The notes under the pieces: model-generated
Database searches by the model: none
Told to the model about the DNA's origin: nothing
Seen by the model: only the letters and a program-made list of their open reading frames with translations
Program-made: the position numbers and the translations under genes
From: a virus
Lineage: Duplodnaviria > Caudoviricetes
Reading direction: 5' to 3' (one strand)
DNA length: 64,000 bases
IMG/VR virus record: IMGVR_UViG_3300021181_000004
In this document: in pieces, positions 10,036 to 19,413 of the stretch
Position numbering within the stretch: position 1 is the stretch's first letter
Layout of the letters: each line of letters begins with the position of its first letter

Positions 10036-10626
10036 CTACTTCTTGTGAATGTGATGCACTGTGACGAGGTTCTCGCAAGATGCAACACCATTACAGACCT
10101 TTGCATCCCACTGAGCCTTTATTCCTTCCGCAGTAGGCAGATAAGCAGCAACAGAACTGGCCTGTTTTGCCACCTTGTCCTTAGCAGCAACTTGGTTAGT
10201 CTGCAATTGAGGAATTAGAGTAACCACATCGTTTACTACGCCGATGATGAGATTGACCCAATTCGTAACCAGAGTAACAGTGTTTGGATCGACAATGTGA
10301 GCAGCCTTAAGAGCAGCGGACAAATTCGTCTTTACTGCTGCTAGAGCGGCTTGCAGCTTTGCAAGATCCGTTTGTGACCCAGAGGCCTCATAACCATTAT
10401 AAGCTGTCTGGACTACAGTTAACGAGTTGATGCCGATAGTGGCAATCGAAGCGCAAGCAGTAGCATCACCCTGATTTTCGATAGCGATAGACGAACAGAT
10501 TACGTTTCCGGTCTGTAACGCTAGATCGATATCCGATAGAACTTGGTTTACTGCGTTAGCTTGACAGCCCACTAGGGCTACTGCAAGTACAATTGCAAGA
10601 AATTTGCTACCAAAAGAACGATTCAT
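10036..10626 (-). CDS. Lipoprotein
   Basis: Signal peptide with lipobox LAVALVGC, then a helical body. Confidence 0.7.
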   Translation of the reverse strand: MNRSFGSKFLAIVLAVALVGCQANAVNQVLSDIDLALQTGNVICSSIAIENQGDATACASIATIGINSLTVVQTAYNGYEASGSQTDLAKLQAALAAVKTNLSAALKAAHIVDPNTVTLVTNWVNLIIGVVNDVVTLIPQLQTNQVAAKDKVAKQASSVAAYLPTAEGIKAQWDAKVCNGVASCENLVTVHHIHKK

Positions 10627-10678
10627 GATTCACCTCACTAATCAATACTAAAGTTTGATTTTGTTCAAACAAAAAGAA

Positions 10679-10699
10679 GACCCGTCATAAAGACGGGTC
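10679..10699 (-). terminator. Intrinsic terminator
   Basis: GACCCGTC/GACGGGTC stem followed by TTCTTTTT on the - strand. Confidence 0.75.
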
Positions 10700-10727
10700 C
10701 AGTTCTCTTCTACACGTGGTAGATGAA

Positions 10728-11273
10728 TTACTTAGGTTTTCCACCGCCAGCATGTCCACCGCTTGCGTGATTAGCATGCCCTTGCGCCCTTTGTGCGCTC
10801 GGCTTGCTAATTGGCTTGGTGTTCTGCTTTGCATGTTCAGCATTGACTGTCTTGTTGTTTTCAACAGTCTTGTTGTTCACATGCTCGGTATTAACCGTTT
10901 TGTTGTTAACATGTTCATTGTTAACAGTTTTATCGTTATGAACACTGCTGCGATAGCCAGCATTATTGCGATAGCCATAGAAGTTACCACTGAAACGGTG
11001 ACCTCCCCAGCCATGGTTGTATCCCCAGTGCTCCCAAGGTCCTACACCGATGAAGATGCCTCCATAGAAGTAGTCTGGGCCGTAAAACCCTTCGGGGACA
11101 CAGGCATACGGTTCATAATCATAGTAACCCCATTCACAAACAGGGGGTTCGCCAATTTCAACGCCAACAGCAGGAACGCCGATACCGACGCTAACCTGTG
11201 CTTGTGCTGGCATTGCAAATGCGCCCATTAACAGCGCGAGAGCTACAGCAAATGTTGCCAAAAATGTTTTCAT
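10728..11273 (-). CDS. Secreted protein of the PPVCxYGYY...GGIFIGVGPW type, with HVNNKTV repeats
   Basis: Signal peptide ending AQA. The motif is recalled from soil-bacterial (Acidobacteria/Proteobacteria) secreted proteins. Confidence 0.6.
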   Translation of the reverse strand: MKTFLATFAVALALLMGAFAMPAQAQVSVGIGVPAVGVEIGEPPVCEWGYYDYEPYACVPEGFYGPDYFYGGIFIGVGPWEHWGYNHGWGGHRFSGNFYGYRNNAGYRSSVHNDKTVNNEHVNNKTVNTEHVNNKTVENNKTVNAEHAKQNTKPISKPSAQRAQGHANHASGGHAGGGKPK

Positions 11274-11387
11274 TTTGTTCACCTCTGTTTAATACTTTGA
11301 AAGTTCAGAGATTGAGATAAACTAATTTGTTTACAACAATTTACGAAACTTTACACAGTAGGTTTAGTACAAGGTTTAACGTAGTGT

Positions 11388-12941
11388 TTAGTGGAAGAAT
11401 TCTTCGCCTATGACATCTGCCTTGCAGCATGAAGACTGACCAATGGAGTACTCGCCCATTGTTACGGTTCGGCCACATTTGCCGCATACTGCACCAGGAT
11501 GATCTTGTTCTATTTCTGTTGGGGCTGACTTAAATTCTCCAGGTTTGGGGCGTTCAATATACTTTCCGCCGCTAGGAGAACTTTTTTCTTGAGGAGGTTT
11601 TTCGTTGAACAAATGTTCGTGCAAAGATGGATTTAAGGCAACCTTCTTTTTAACATCCCAAACCAATCCACGCTTTGTGAGAATTTCCAAAGCACCCTTA
11701 TGGGAGGGATTAACTAATAAACGAGATGCTGCGATCTTCAGTACCGTGTATTCACTGGAGCCTTTCTTAAGTGAACCAGATACACGAACTTCTTGAACAT
11801 CGCCCGTAGCACGAAGACCAGCTTGAATTAGTGGTTTAATGATCTCACGACGTTGAACTTGAACTTTATTACGGTTGCTGTAGCCTTGAGCTGGCCCCTT
11901 CTTCCAATCTTGACCTGTTTGACCCGAAGGAACCACATCAAAGAATCCATAGCGCGATGTAATGCTGTCTTTGTCATCGTAAATCAGGTGCCACTCATCA
12001 ACGTAAGCTGTATCATGCTGTCTGTAGGATCCGTCAGGAAGTTCTTCCCCACCTGTCCACTCTGCGTATTCTTGAGCCGCGCGATCTAGTTGAGCATCAT
12101 CACGATAGGTTATGAACAGTTTATAGCCAACGTTCTCTAAAGCACCAGCCATTTGTTGTGGATCACCTTGCGCACCTGAAACAGCAACAGAATTCTGAAT
12201 ACGATCGTTCTTCTTGTTTTGCTTATCCGCTTGATCTTGTTGTGCGTGTTCTGCGTCATCGCGTTGTTTGATTTCTTGATTTTTGTTCTCGACTTCACCC
12301 AGAGAACGTACATCAGCAGCTGGTACCTCTTTTGTTACCTTACCATTGGAGACAGTGACCATGTCACCATTGATGGCTTGGACAGTTCCCTTTAGTGTCA
12401 TACCACCCAAACGAGCTTGAACTTCATCTCCAATTTGAAATGACGGAGCCATACCCGGTGCAGTCCCAGTTGGTTCGGCGGTCTTCATGGCTGATTGCTT
12501 AGTCTGACCAAGTCTGCTGAATCTGGTATCCAATATTTTTGAAAGAGACCCATCACCTAGCAGACCAGTTTGCCATTTGCTAGTTCCTCGTCTCAATCCC
12601 CAAGAACCTTCGTCCTGACTAAAAAATCCTTGCCAGCCGCTTGGGCCAGAAAATAGATGAACATCTGATTCTTCTTCATCATACTCTGGACCTTTGAATC
12701 CGTGGTTTAAAAATTCGTCGTCCGGATGTTCCTCTTCTCGTGCGGTTAGAAATTGATTGAAAGCAGAGGTCTTGGCGGGGGTAAACACACCAGAATAGAA
12801 TTCTGAATCATCTGCGGAGGCTTCTTTGGATTGTGCTATTGCTGCAAGATGGGTGAATGAAAAGAGAGAAGATTCGTCGTCAGCTTGCTTGGAGCTGAAG
12901 TTTGTGCTGCCCATCAAATCCTGCCACTGATTCGTGCTCAT
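11388..12941 (-). CDS. Modular phage protein with an SH3/KOW-like module and K-x-A linkers
   Basis: FQIGDEVQARLGGMTLKGTVQAINGDMVTV; KQA/KEA/KTA/KIA motifs. Confidence 0.5.
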   Translation of the reverse strand: MSTNQWQDLMGSTNFSSKQADDESSLFSFTHLAAIAQSKEASADDSEFYSGVFTPAKTSAFNQFLTAREEEHPDDEFLNHGFKGPEYDEEESDVHLFSGPSGWQGFFSQDEGSWGLRRGTSKWQTGLLGDGSLSKILDTRFSRLGQTKQSAMKTAEPTGTAPGMAPSFQIGDEVQARLGGMTLKGTVQAINGDMVTVSNGKVTKEVPAADVRSLGEVENKNQEIKQRDDAEHAQQDQADKQNKKNDRIQNSVAVSGAQGDPQQMAGALENVGYKLFITYRDDAQLDRAAQEYAEWTGGEELPDGSYRQHDTAYVDEWHLIYDDKDSITSRYGFFDVVPSGQTGQDWKKGPAQGYSNRNKVQVQRREIIKPLIQAGLRATGDVQEVRVSGSLKKGSSEYTVLKIAASRLLVNPSHKGALEILTKRGLVWDVKKKVALNPSLHEHLFNEKPPQEKSSPSGGKYIERPKPGEFKSAPTEIEQDHPGAVCGKCGRTVTMGEYSIGQSSCCKADVIGEEFFH

Positions 12942-12950
12942 TAGTACCCT

Positions 12951-13853
12951 CTATTCTCTAATCAGAAAGTTAAAGTTATAACCAGCGTCTTTGCACGCCT
13001 GCCTCTTAGCTTTATTCATTTCCCAATATTCTGAGTAGCCGTATAAAGTCCATGTAGACTTCACTTCCAAAATAAGATTAAGATGTGGGATATAGAAATC
13101 TGGAAAATAACGGCGCTTCCTGCCTTTTAGCTCGTACCAAATTACTGGAACCTTGGATTGACTTGTTAATATTTCTTCCTCCAGGATACCCTGCTTTAGC
13201 AGTTCCGAAACAACTTGAGGTTCATACCCTTGAAGACGGGTTATTTTTCCGGAAGGATAAACAAATAATTTGCTCCGAAGAGAACTTCGCTGTTGTTTTT
13301 CTAAAATGTGAGGAACCTGCATAGGGTTATTCACTCCAAACTTTTCTTGGAAGAATTTTTGTACTTTTGATTGGAAATCTTCCATCAAAAATGGGCATGA
13401 GCAGCCATAGCGTTCTTGTAAAGTCTGAATTTTTCTTTCTTTAACTTCACTAAGTTGTGTTGGGTTAACAACGCCGTATTTTGTGAGGAAAGTTCTCCGA
13501 AGTTTGTCTACAACATCCTTTGACTGCATAGCATTTTTAACCCCGTAGCGAATCATCGAGGTATCTTGCATCTTTTGAATGATCAAAGGAGATTTAGCTG
13601 GTACAGTTACGCCGTAGTTCTGAAGTAGGGTAGCCTTGGACTTTTCTCTAAAATCGGGAGCTTGGAAAGCTAGCACCCCATATCTTATAAGTGAGGTTTT
13701 CTTTCTCTTGTCTAGAATGGCAGAACATTGTGAGAAAATTCTAGAGCAGCATGGTCGTTTTAATTTCCCGGCTGTGAATTGGGCCGTTTTGTTACAGCCA
13801 TAGTAGCACAACTCAGAATCACTCGGATTCTTTTGTACCACACACGAATTCAT
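12951..13853 (-). CDS. Putative homing endonuclease: YGV-type repeats plus a PD-(D/E)XK nuclease
   Basis: Repeats of KYGVxNP; C-terminal YFPDFYIPHLNLILEVKS. Confidence 0.75.
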   Translation of the reverse strand: MNSCVVQKNPSDSELCYYGCNKTAQFTAGKLKRPCCSRIFSQCSAILDKRKKTSLIRYGVLAFQAPDFREKSKATLLQNYGVTVPAKSPLIIQKMQDTSMIRYGVKNAMQSKDVVDKLRRTFLTKYGVVNPTQLSEVKERKIQTLQERYGCSCPFLMEDFQSKVQKFFQEKFGVNNPMQVPHILEKQQRSSLRSKLFVYPSGKITRLQGYEPQVVSELLKQGILEEEILTSQSKVPVIWYELKGRKRRYFPDFYIPHLNLILEVKSTWTLYGYSEYWEMNKAKRQACKDAGYNFNFLIRE

Positions 13854-16140
13854 AAGTAAGTACCATAGAATCAGTATCTATACTGGACGCACGAACAAAA
13901 ACTTCATAAGAAAACCCGTTTTTCACACCCTCACACCAAACACAAGATTGTGCCCAAGAGTCGTCTATAGCACCTTGAATTTGAGAATCCGTGAGTTTTT
14001 CTAGTAAGTATTTGACACGAGATGCGGGGTCTACCAGGCTCATGTTAACGGCCATGAAACTTGGTTGAGCCTTCTCCACTTGTGCAAGTTGAACTTCCCC
14101 AACACCAGGTATTTTATCCATTAAAGGTCGAGAAGTTACTTTGAATCCTGCAACAAGAGTAGCAGCAATCTCACCACACACTTTGGTTAAGAATTTTGTA
14201 AATTGGCCAGCTTCATCTTCTGCTGCTACCTTGTGACTGACAATGGCCAGGGCTGCGCCGTCCGGACCTGCATCGTAGTTCTGATAGAATTCGTCGGTAA
14301 ATTGAGGCCCTCTGATATCTTGCTCGCGTCTTAGAGGAGCACCTTCCAGCACTTCCGGCTTACCGTCACGACCAATTCCCGCGCCAGCTGCTGGAGACGT
14401 GCTGACATAAGAGAGCTTGGTTGTTTCTAAAGATCCTTCCACCGCTGCTGCAATATCGTTATCGTAGCCTTGGGAGATATCGATGTCCTCGATCATCGGG
14501 GAGTTATTAGCATTCGGATAATCCACCAGTTCATGCTGGAGTTCTGGGTAGAACTCGCGTAGAGCTTGACCAGGGAAGTAGTAATTGAAGCCTGCTTCTT
14601 TACCTTCTTCTACGTGACGAATCTCCCGTTCAATCTTCTTGCGTTCTTCTGGATTGCCATCGCCGATAGACTTGCGTTTCAGTGCGTCAATCTTCTCTTG
14701 TTTGTCGGCGCTTGCAGCCTGTTTTGCCATCTTCTCTATATTTTCTTCCACGACTCCTTCCTCATAACCGTTAGTCAATAAAAATTGACGAAGAGCTTCA
14801 TAATCAGGAGACGTGACGTGTACTCGAAACATCTCTTCCGCAGGCCATTCTGCATCGATTTCTCCCTTTATTTCTGGATGAGATTGCAGATATTTTAAAA
14901 CATCTGTTTTTATTTCAGTAGAAAATTCAGGATTAGAGGCAAAGTCTGGGCTACTATGAACTGTATCGTCCTTACTTTGATTGAAAGTGCTTGGGGAGCA
15001 TTCCTCACAGACTCCTTCAGGGCATAATTTCTTCCGTTTGCCGCAAAAGCCGCACTCCCCAATGGACGGATCTGCTGCGGAATCAGAGGCGAGATCTGCC
15101 TTGATCGCTGAGATCTGAGGAGTGTGAGCATCGATGTCAGTCCCGCCCATTGCACCACCCGCGCCGTCGTTGGTGATGGGCGTAGAGCCTTCTTTATATG
15201 GACCTTCCTGCAGTTCAATTTCGCATTCTTCGCACAATCCTGTAGGCTCTAATAATCTAGCTTGATCGCAGTTAGAGCAACGTTCGACATTGGGGGAATC
15301 CTCTGTTGTTTCATAGCTAGGGGTATCTACACTGTAATTGCCTGGAGAGTTTTGTATTCCGAACGGGCCTGCTGTTTTCTTAGAAGCGACACGAGTCATC
15401 TTAGCTTCAGTTTCTTTGACTTTCTGCTTTGCGATGTTGATGATCACTTGACGACCCTGGACCTCATCCTTGGGGATTACGACTTCTTTGCTTTCCACGT
15501 TGCCTACGCCGGGAACATGTTCTTCTGCAATCCCGTGGTCCTTCTCTACACTCTGCACTTCTTGTTCCTTTTCCTGAATCGATTTCCCGACTTCGAATTC
15601 TTTCTGCGCATCTAGAGATTCGCGCATCGCGTTCACGTTTGCATCTTCAGCCTTCTGCAGATTACCAGGGAGAACTGCAACACCACCGTCTGCTTTCTTA
15701 GCGAATGGCTCCATACCTTTTTCTTTGCGAGTCTTTGCGCAGGAGTCGCAGCATCCCTTTTCAAGAGCCTCTGCATAATCAACATGATGCTCACAATATT
15801 TGCACTTAGCTGCTCTCTTTTGTACCGATGCTGCTATCGCTCCCAATTCAGAAAACAGATCAGTGGAGCTGTTGTCAGATGCAATTTGGCTGTCTACTTG
15901 AACAGGGACGTCGTGAGCTTCTGGAGGGTCGGTAATCTGGTCAGATTTCGGTTGCTCCCCGTTGTCGCTTTCACCTTGGGAGACTGGGAATTCCTCGGCA
16001 GCGATTTTCTGAGTTACCAAACCTAGGTCCCAATCGTCGCGATGACCGAGGACGTGGCTGCTTCCACTTGCCTGCTGACCTGCAAATTTGCTGAGCATCT
16101 TTTTTAACCTTTCCGATGATAATGGCCGCACTTCGTGCAC
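13819..16140 (-). CDS. Giant modular phage protein (773 aa)
   Basis: Long ORF with CxxC modules and K-x-A linkers; shares the AGPFxxQNSPxxYS module with 142-4140. Confidence 0.55.
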   Translation of the reverse strand: MHEVRPLSSERLKKMLSKFAGQQASGSSHVLGHRDDWDLGLVTQKIAAEEFPVSQGESDNGEQPKSDQITDPPEAHDVPVQVDSQIASDNSSTDLFSELGAIAASVQKRAAKCKYCEHHVDYAEALEKGCCDSCAKTRKEKGMEPFAKKADGGVAVLPGNLQKAEDANVNAMRESLDAQKEFEVGKSIQEKEQEVQSVEKDHGIAEEHVPGVGNVESKEVVIPKDEVQGRQVIINIAKQKVKETEAKMTRVASKKTAGPFGIQNSPGNYSVDTPSYETTEDSPNVERCSNCDQARLLEPTGLCEECEIELQEGPYKEGSTPITNDGAGGAMGGTDIDAHTPQISAIKADLASDSAADPSIGECGFCGKRKKLCPEGVCEECSPSTFNQSKDDTVHSSPDFASNPEFSTEIKTDVLKYLQSHPEIKGEIDAEWPAEEMFRVHVTSPDYEALRQFLLTNGYEEGVVEENIEKMAKQAASADKQEKIDALKRKSIGDGNPEERKKIEREIRHVEEGKEAGFNYYFPGQALREFYPELQHELVDYPNANNSPMIEDIDISQGYDNDIAAAVEGSLETTKLSYVSTSPAAGAGIGRDGKPEVLEGAPLRREQDIRGPQFTDEFYQNYDAGPDGAALAIVSHKVAAEDEAGQFTKFLTKVCGEIAATLVAGFKVTSRPLMDKIPGVGEVQLAQVEKAQPSFMAVNMSLVDPASRVKYLLEKLTDSQIQGAIDDSWAQSCVWCEGVKNGFSYEVFVRASSIDTDSMVLTYEFVCGTKESE

Positions 16141-18884
16141 CGCTCCCCACCCACTGCTCGGTTACAGCCGCACTGATAACATCCAGCTGTCTTTCCAGCG
16201 GCCTCCTTTGGCTTCTCTTTACCTTGATCCGGGGTAGAAGATGATTCCTGAGACTTCGTAGCTTCGTTTTCTAATGCTGTCTCTTCTGAGCGTGCTTCGC
16301 TATCGCTGACGCTCTTGGTATCCTCAGGTTCGCTGGATGTCTCGTTTGTAGGCATTGCACTGCCTCCAACTGATGGCTGAGAAGGATTCTTATTATCTCC
16401 TTCAGCATCTGCTGGAAGTTCAATCATAGGCTGTTGGCCCATGTCCTGGAGAACTTCACCAAGGATATCGTCATTGTCAGGAACTGAGGATGACCTAATT
16501 CCTCCATCTTCGTCAGCGACTTTACCACGAAGCTTCTGGAGCTTTGCCTCATGTGCTGCTTTGCTGCTCAAACTCTTTTTGGATTCAGCACGCTTGCGAG
16601 CAATAATTTCACCGCTCCATCCGCTACTTGATTCCACCTCGAAATCAGCGTCAGCATCGAACGGTGCGGAGCAACATGGATCATCTGCATCAACTGTGCA
16701 CCCACAGTCAAAACATTTGCGCTGCTTGATCCAGGTTTGATTGTCCTCATCCCAACGCGATTTCTGATTAGGGCAGCCTTGTTCATGACAAGGAATCCCG
16801 TTGATTCTAGACATTTGGCATTGATCACAACCGAAGGCAACTTTCTTTAAAGATCCGGCCTTGGTCGTAATGACTTCCGTAGAACCATAATGGCTCTTGT
16901 AAGCGCCATTAACTAAGCTCTCCAAGAAGCGCAAATCGCGCATCAAGTCACCCATATTGTATGGACAGGACTCTAACTTGTGGCGAATTTCGGCACGATC
17001 ATCGCCTGTGGCTAGTTCCAGAGCCTCTACGTACTTCATAGCATGCTCAGGGACCGAGACATCCTTGGGCTTTACCTTACCTTCAGTTGCAGCTGGCTCG
17101 GTGTACCCGTCTTTGATCTTTTGGTCAGCAACCTCGCGAGCTTTTCTAACAGCTTCCGATTGGCCAAGACCCTTTGCTTTTACACCTCCAGAATTCGCCT
17201 TGCCGCGTGGGCCATTCTTAAAAAGGACATCAAAAAGACCTTTTTGCGAAGAAGACGGTGCAGCCATAATGCGATATTCTTTATCTGAACCATCCTTGGT
17301 GCTGTAAAGAACGATTTCGGAGACGGGAGCATTGGATGTAGCAGGAGCTCCAGCCGGAGCTGCTTTCTTCACACTTGCAGTCTTGCCCTGCATTAGATAT
17401 TCAGCTGCATGGGCGTATTCTGATTTTGGCTGAAGCTCAGGATATGTCTTAGCCAGCTTGCCTGTAATCAACATCCGGTCCCCAACATATTCCACCAGGC
17501 GACGGAATCCATAGGTGCGCTTCGGATAGACGTTGACAAGACCCGGCTCGCCGCCTACAACCGCCACCGCGCTTGAGATATCCTTATGATGACCCATGGG
17601 AGAAGAATTCTCCCACATACCATCAGAAATCTGGCCTGTTAATTCGCATTCCCAGAGCCATGCCTGTACGTTGTTCTCGACGTGAATCTCTTGCTGAGCT
17701 GCGGTCTTGCTGGATTCCTTTCGCTTCGGCGTACCATCCTTGTTCAATTCAATCCCAATGGGCTCCTGATTTGATTCGTGATTCTTGGCCGCATCCGCGT
17801 TAAACTTCTTGTCAGAGATGGCTGGGTTCTTTTTAGCTGCTTCTGCTTGAGTTCCCGGCCCCACATTCGTGGTACCAGCTGGAACACCGTGCTCGGATTC
17901 GCAAGCTTCTTTACTCTGAGGAGGATTCTGGCAAAGAACACCACCTTCGTGTGCCCATTTTCCGTTGTTGTTCTTGTACGGCTTTCCACCTGTCTTGCAA
18001 TAAGAGCATTCTTTTGCAGCCAATCTTGGAACTCCAGGCTTTGCTTCTTCATGATGTTCTTTGCCCGCCTCGCCAACGGTCTTGCCCCCGAGTGCTTTGG
18101 TCATGGCAATATCTAGAGCTTCAATGACGTCCGCCTCAGGAGGATCTAGAACTTCCTTGGTGATTGCATCAGCATTCTTGATAGTGAGACTTAACCGTTT
18201 GCGAGGACTAGCAACCTTACTGCCAGCCGTTTCGTTCCAAAGAACTGGGAAACTCTTGAGGGGTGATTCAGTGATTTCTGGCCATGGCAACTTTGGAGTG
18301 ATATCTGTCACGTCCAGTTTGTCGGTGCTGACGTCATTCATCAATGCATCGAAGGCACTGGACAGGCGCGGATTGTAGTATGCCCCAAACACTAGATGAC
18401 GCAAGCGATCTGCCAGGACTACATCATCCTTAGTGAAGTGGAAACTGACATACTCGCGCTTGTTGAACCACTCAGGTGCGAAGAGAATTAACGTCTCAAA
18501 TTTACCTTCATCAATCTTGAAGAGACGATTTTTGACCTCTTCCATGCTGGCGTCGCTGTACTCATCAAACTCATTGACACCGATGTGCTTCTCGGTCAAA
18601 TCTGCGATTTCTTCCCCCCCAAATTGCTTAACCAAGCAACCGTAAAGGAGAGCTGTTGGGAATCCCTCCAACTTGTCTGCAATCTTAGCAGGGATTACAT
18701 AGATTTTGCCAATCGCGATATTCTGTCTGTATCCATGATAGAAAACTTCAAGACTTTGGACATTGCCCGAGGATCGAGCTTCCTTCTCGCCTGCTTTTAC
18801 AGCTTCGACAACTTTTGTAAGCAGACCTTCATTGACCTGAAAACTCTGCCAGGATTTTAATGCTACTGTGCCCGATACGCTCAT
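16104..18884 (-). CDS. Giant modular phage protein (926 aa) containing a WGR-like domain
   Basis: LYSTKDGSDKEYRI...FDVLFKNGPRGK...EAVRKAREVADQKIKDGY resembles WGR; CxxC modules; K-x-A linkers. Confidence 0.6.
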   Translation of the reverse strand: MSVSGTVALKSWQSFQVNEGLLTKVVEAVKAGEKEARSSGNVQSLEVFYHGYRQNIAIGKIYVIPAKIADKLEGFPTALLYGCLVKQFGGEEIADLTEKHIGVNEFDEYSDASMEEVKNRLFKIDEGKFETLILFAPEWFNKREYVSFHFTKDDVVLADRLRHLVFGAYYNPRLSSAFDALMNDVSTDKLDVTDITPKLPWPEITESPLKSFPVLWNETAGSKVASPRKRLSLTIKNADAITKEVLDPPEADVIEALDIAMTKALGGKTVGEAGKEHHEEAKPGVPRLAAKECSYCKTGGKPYKNNNGKWAHEGGVLCQNPPQSKEACESEHGVPAGTTNVGPGTQAEAAKKNPAISDKKFNADAAKNHESNQEPIGIELNKDGTPKRKESSKTAAQQEIHVENNVQAWLWECELTGQISDGMWENSSPMGHHKDISSAVAVVGGEPGLVNVYPKRTYGFRRLVEYVGDRMLITGKLAKTYPELQPKSEYAHAAEYLMQGKTASVKKAAPAGAPATSNAPVSEIVLYSTKDGSDKEYRIMAAPSSSQKGLFDVLFKNGPRGKANSGGVKAKGLGQSEAVRKAREVADQKIKDGYTEPAATEGKVKPKDVSVPEHAMKYVEALELATGDDRAEIRHKLESCPYNMGDLMRDLRFLESLVNGAYKSHYGSTEVITTKAGSLKKVAFGCDQCQMSRINGIPCHEQGCPNQKSRWDEDNQTWIKQRKCFDCGCTVDADDPCCSAPFDADADFEVESSSGWSGEIIARKRAESKKSLSSKAAHEAKLQKLRGKVADEDGGIRSSSVPDNDDILGEVLQDMGQQPMIELPADAEGDNKNPSQPSVGGSAMPTNETSSEPEDTKSVSDSEARSEETALENEATKSQESSSTPDQGKEKPKEAAGKTAGCYQCGCNRAVGGERCTKCGHYHRKG

Positions 18885-19396
18885 TTTGGCCCCTTGTCAA
18901 ACTTATCTAACTCTTGTCGCAATTTCGGTTCTGCTGCAGCTAAAGCATCCGAATATTGGAGCATAATATTGTTAACCATAGCTTTATCTAGATTGCATTC
19001 TTCTAAAGTCTTTTTGAAGATGTGAACAATCTCCGTTAAAACAAATTTGAATTTCGCCCCATCAATGTTTAACGAATCTTTCTTCGTCAGTATGTCTGTA
19101 TCGTTCAGCTGCTTTGCTAAAGCTGTGAGAACTTTTACTTGCGTCTCCCAACCTTTCTGTTTCCATGCATCCTGAACATCTCTGCCACCACGAACTGAAT
19201 CCCTAGCAATCTTACCCAGCTCTACCGTTATAAGACGACTCACCTCTGCTGCCGAGCAATTAGGATCCTCTAATTTTGCTAAGATCTCATCAAACTTATC
19301 AGTGATGTTAACAGCAGGCTTTTCAGGTTGCTGTACACCACCATTTGGGGCTACGAAAAATTCCTCGCTTTTTACCTCTTGTTCAATTTCAGACAT
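18881..19396 (-). CDS. Hypothetical helical protein
   Basis: 171-aa ORF in the operon with an AAGGA RBS. Confidence 0.6.
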   Translation of the reverse strand: MSEIEQEVKSEEFFVAPNGGVQQPEKPAVNITDKFDEILAKLEDPNCSAAEVSRLITVELGKIARDSVRGGRDVQDAWKQKGWETQVKVLTALAKQLNDTDILTKKDSLNIDGAKFKFVLTEIVHIFKKTLEECNLDKAMVNNIMLQYSDALAAAEPKLRQELDKFDKGPK

Positions 19397-19413
19397 GCAA
19401 TCCTTTAATCGAA

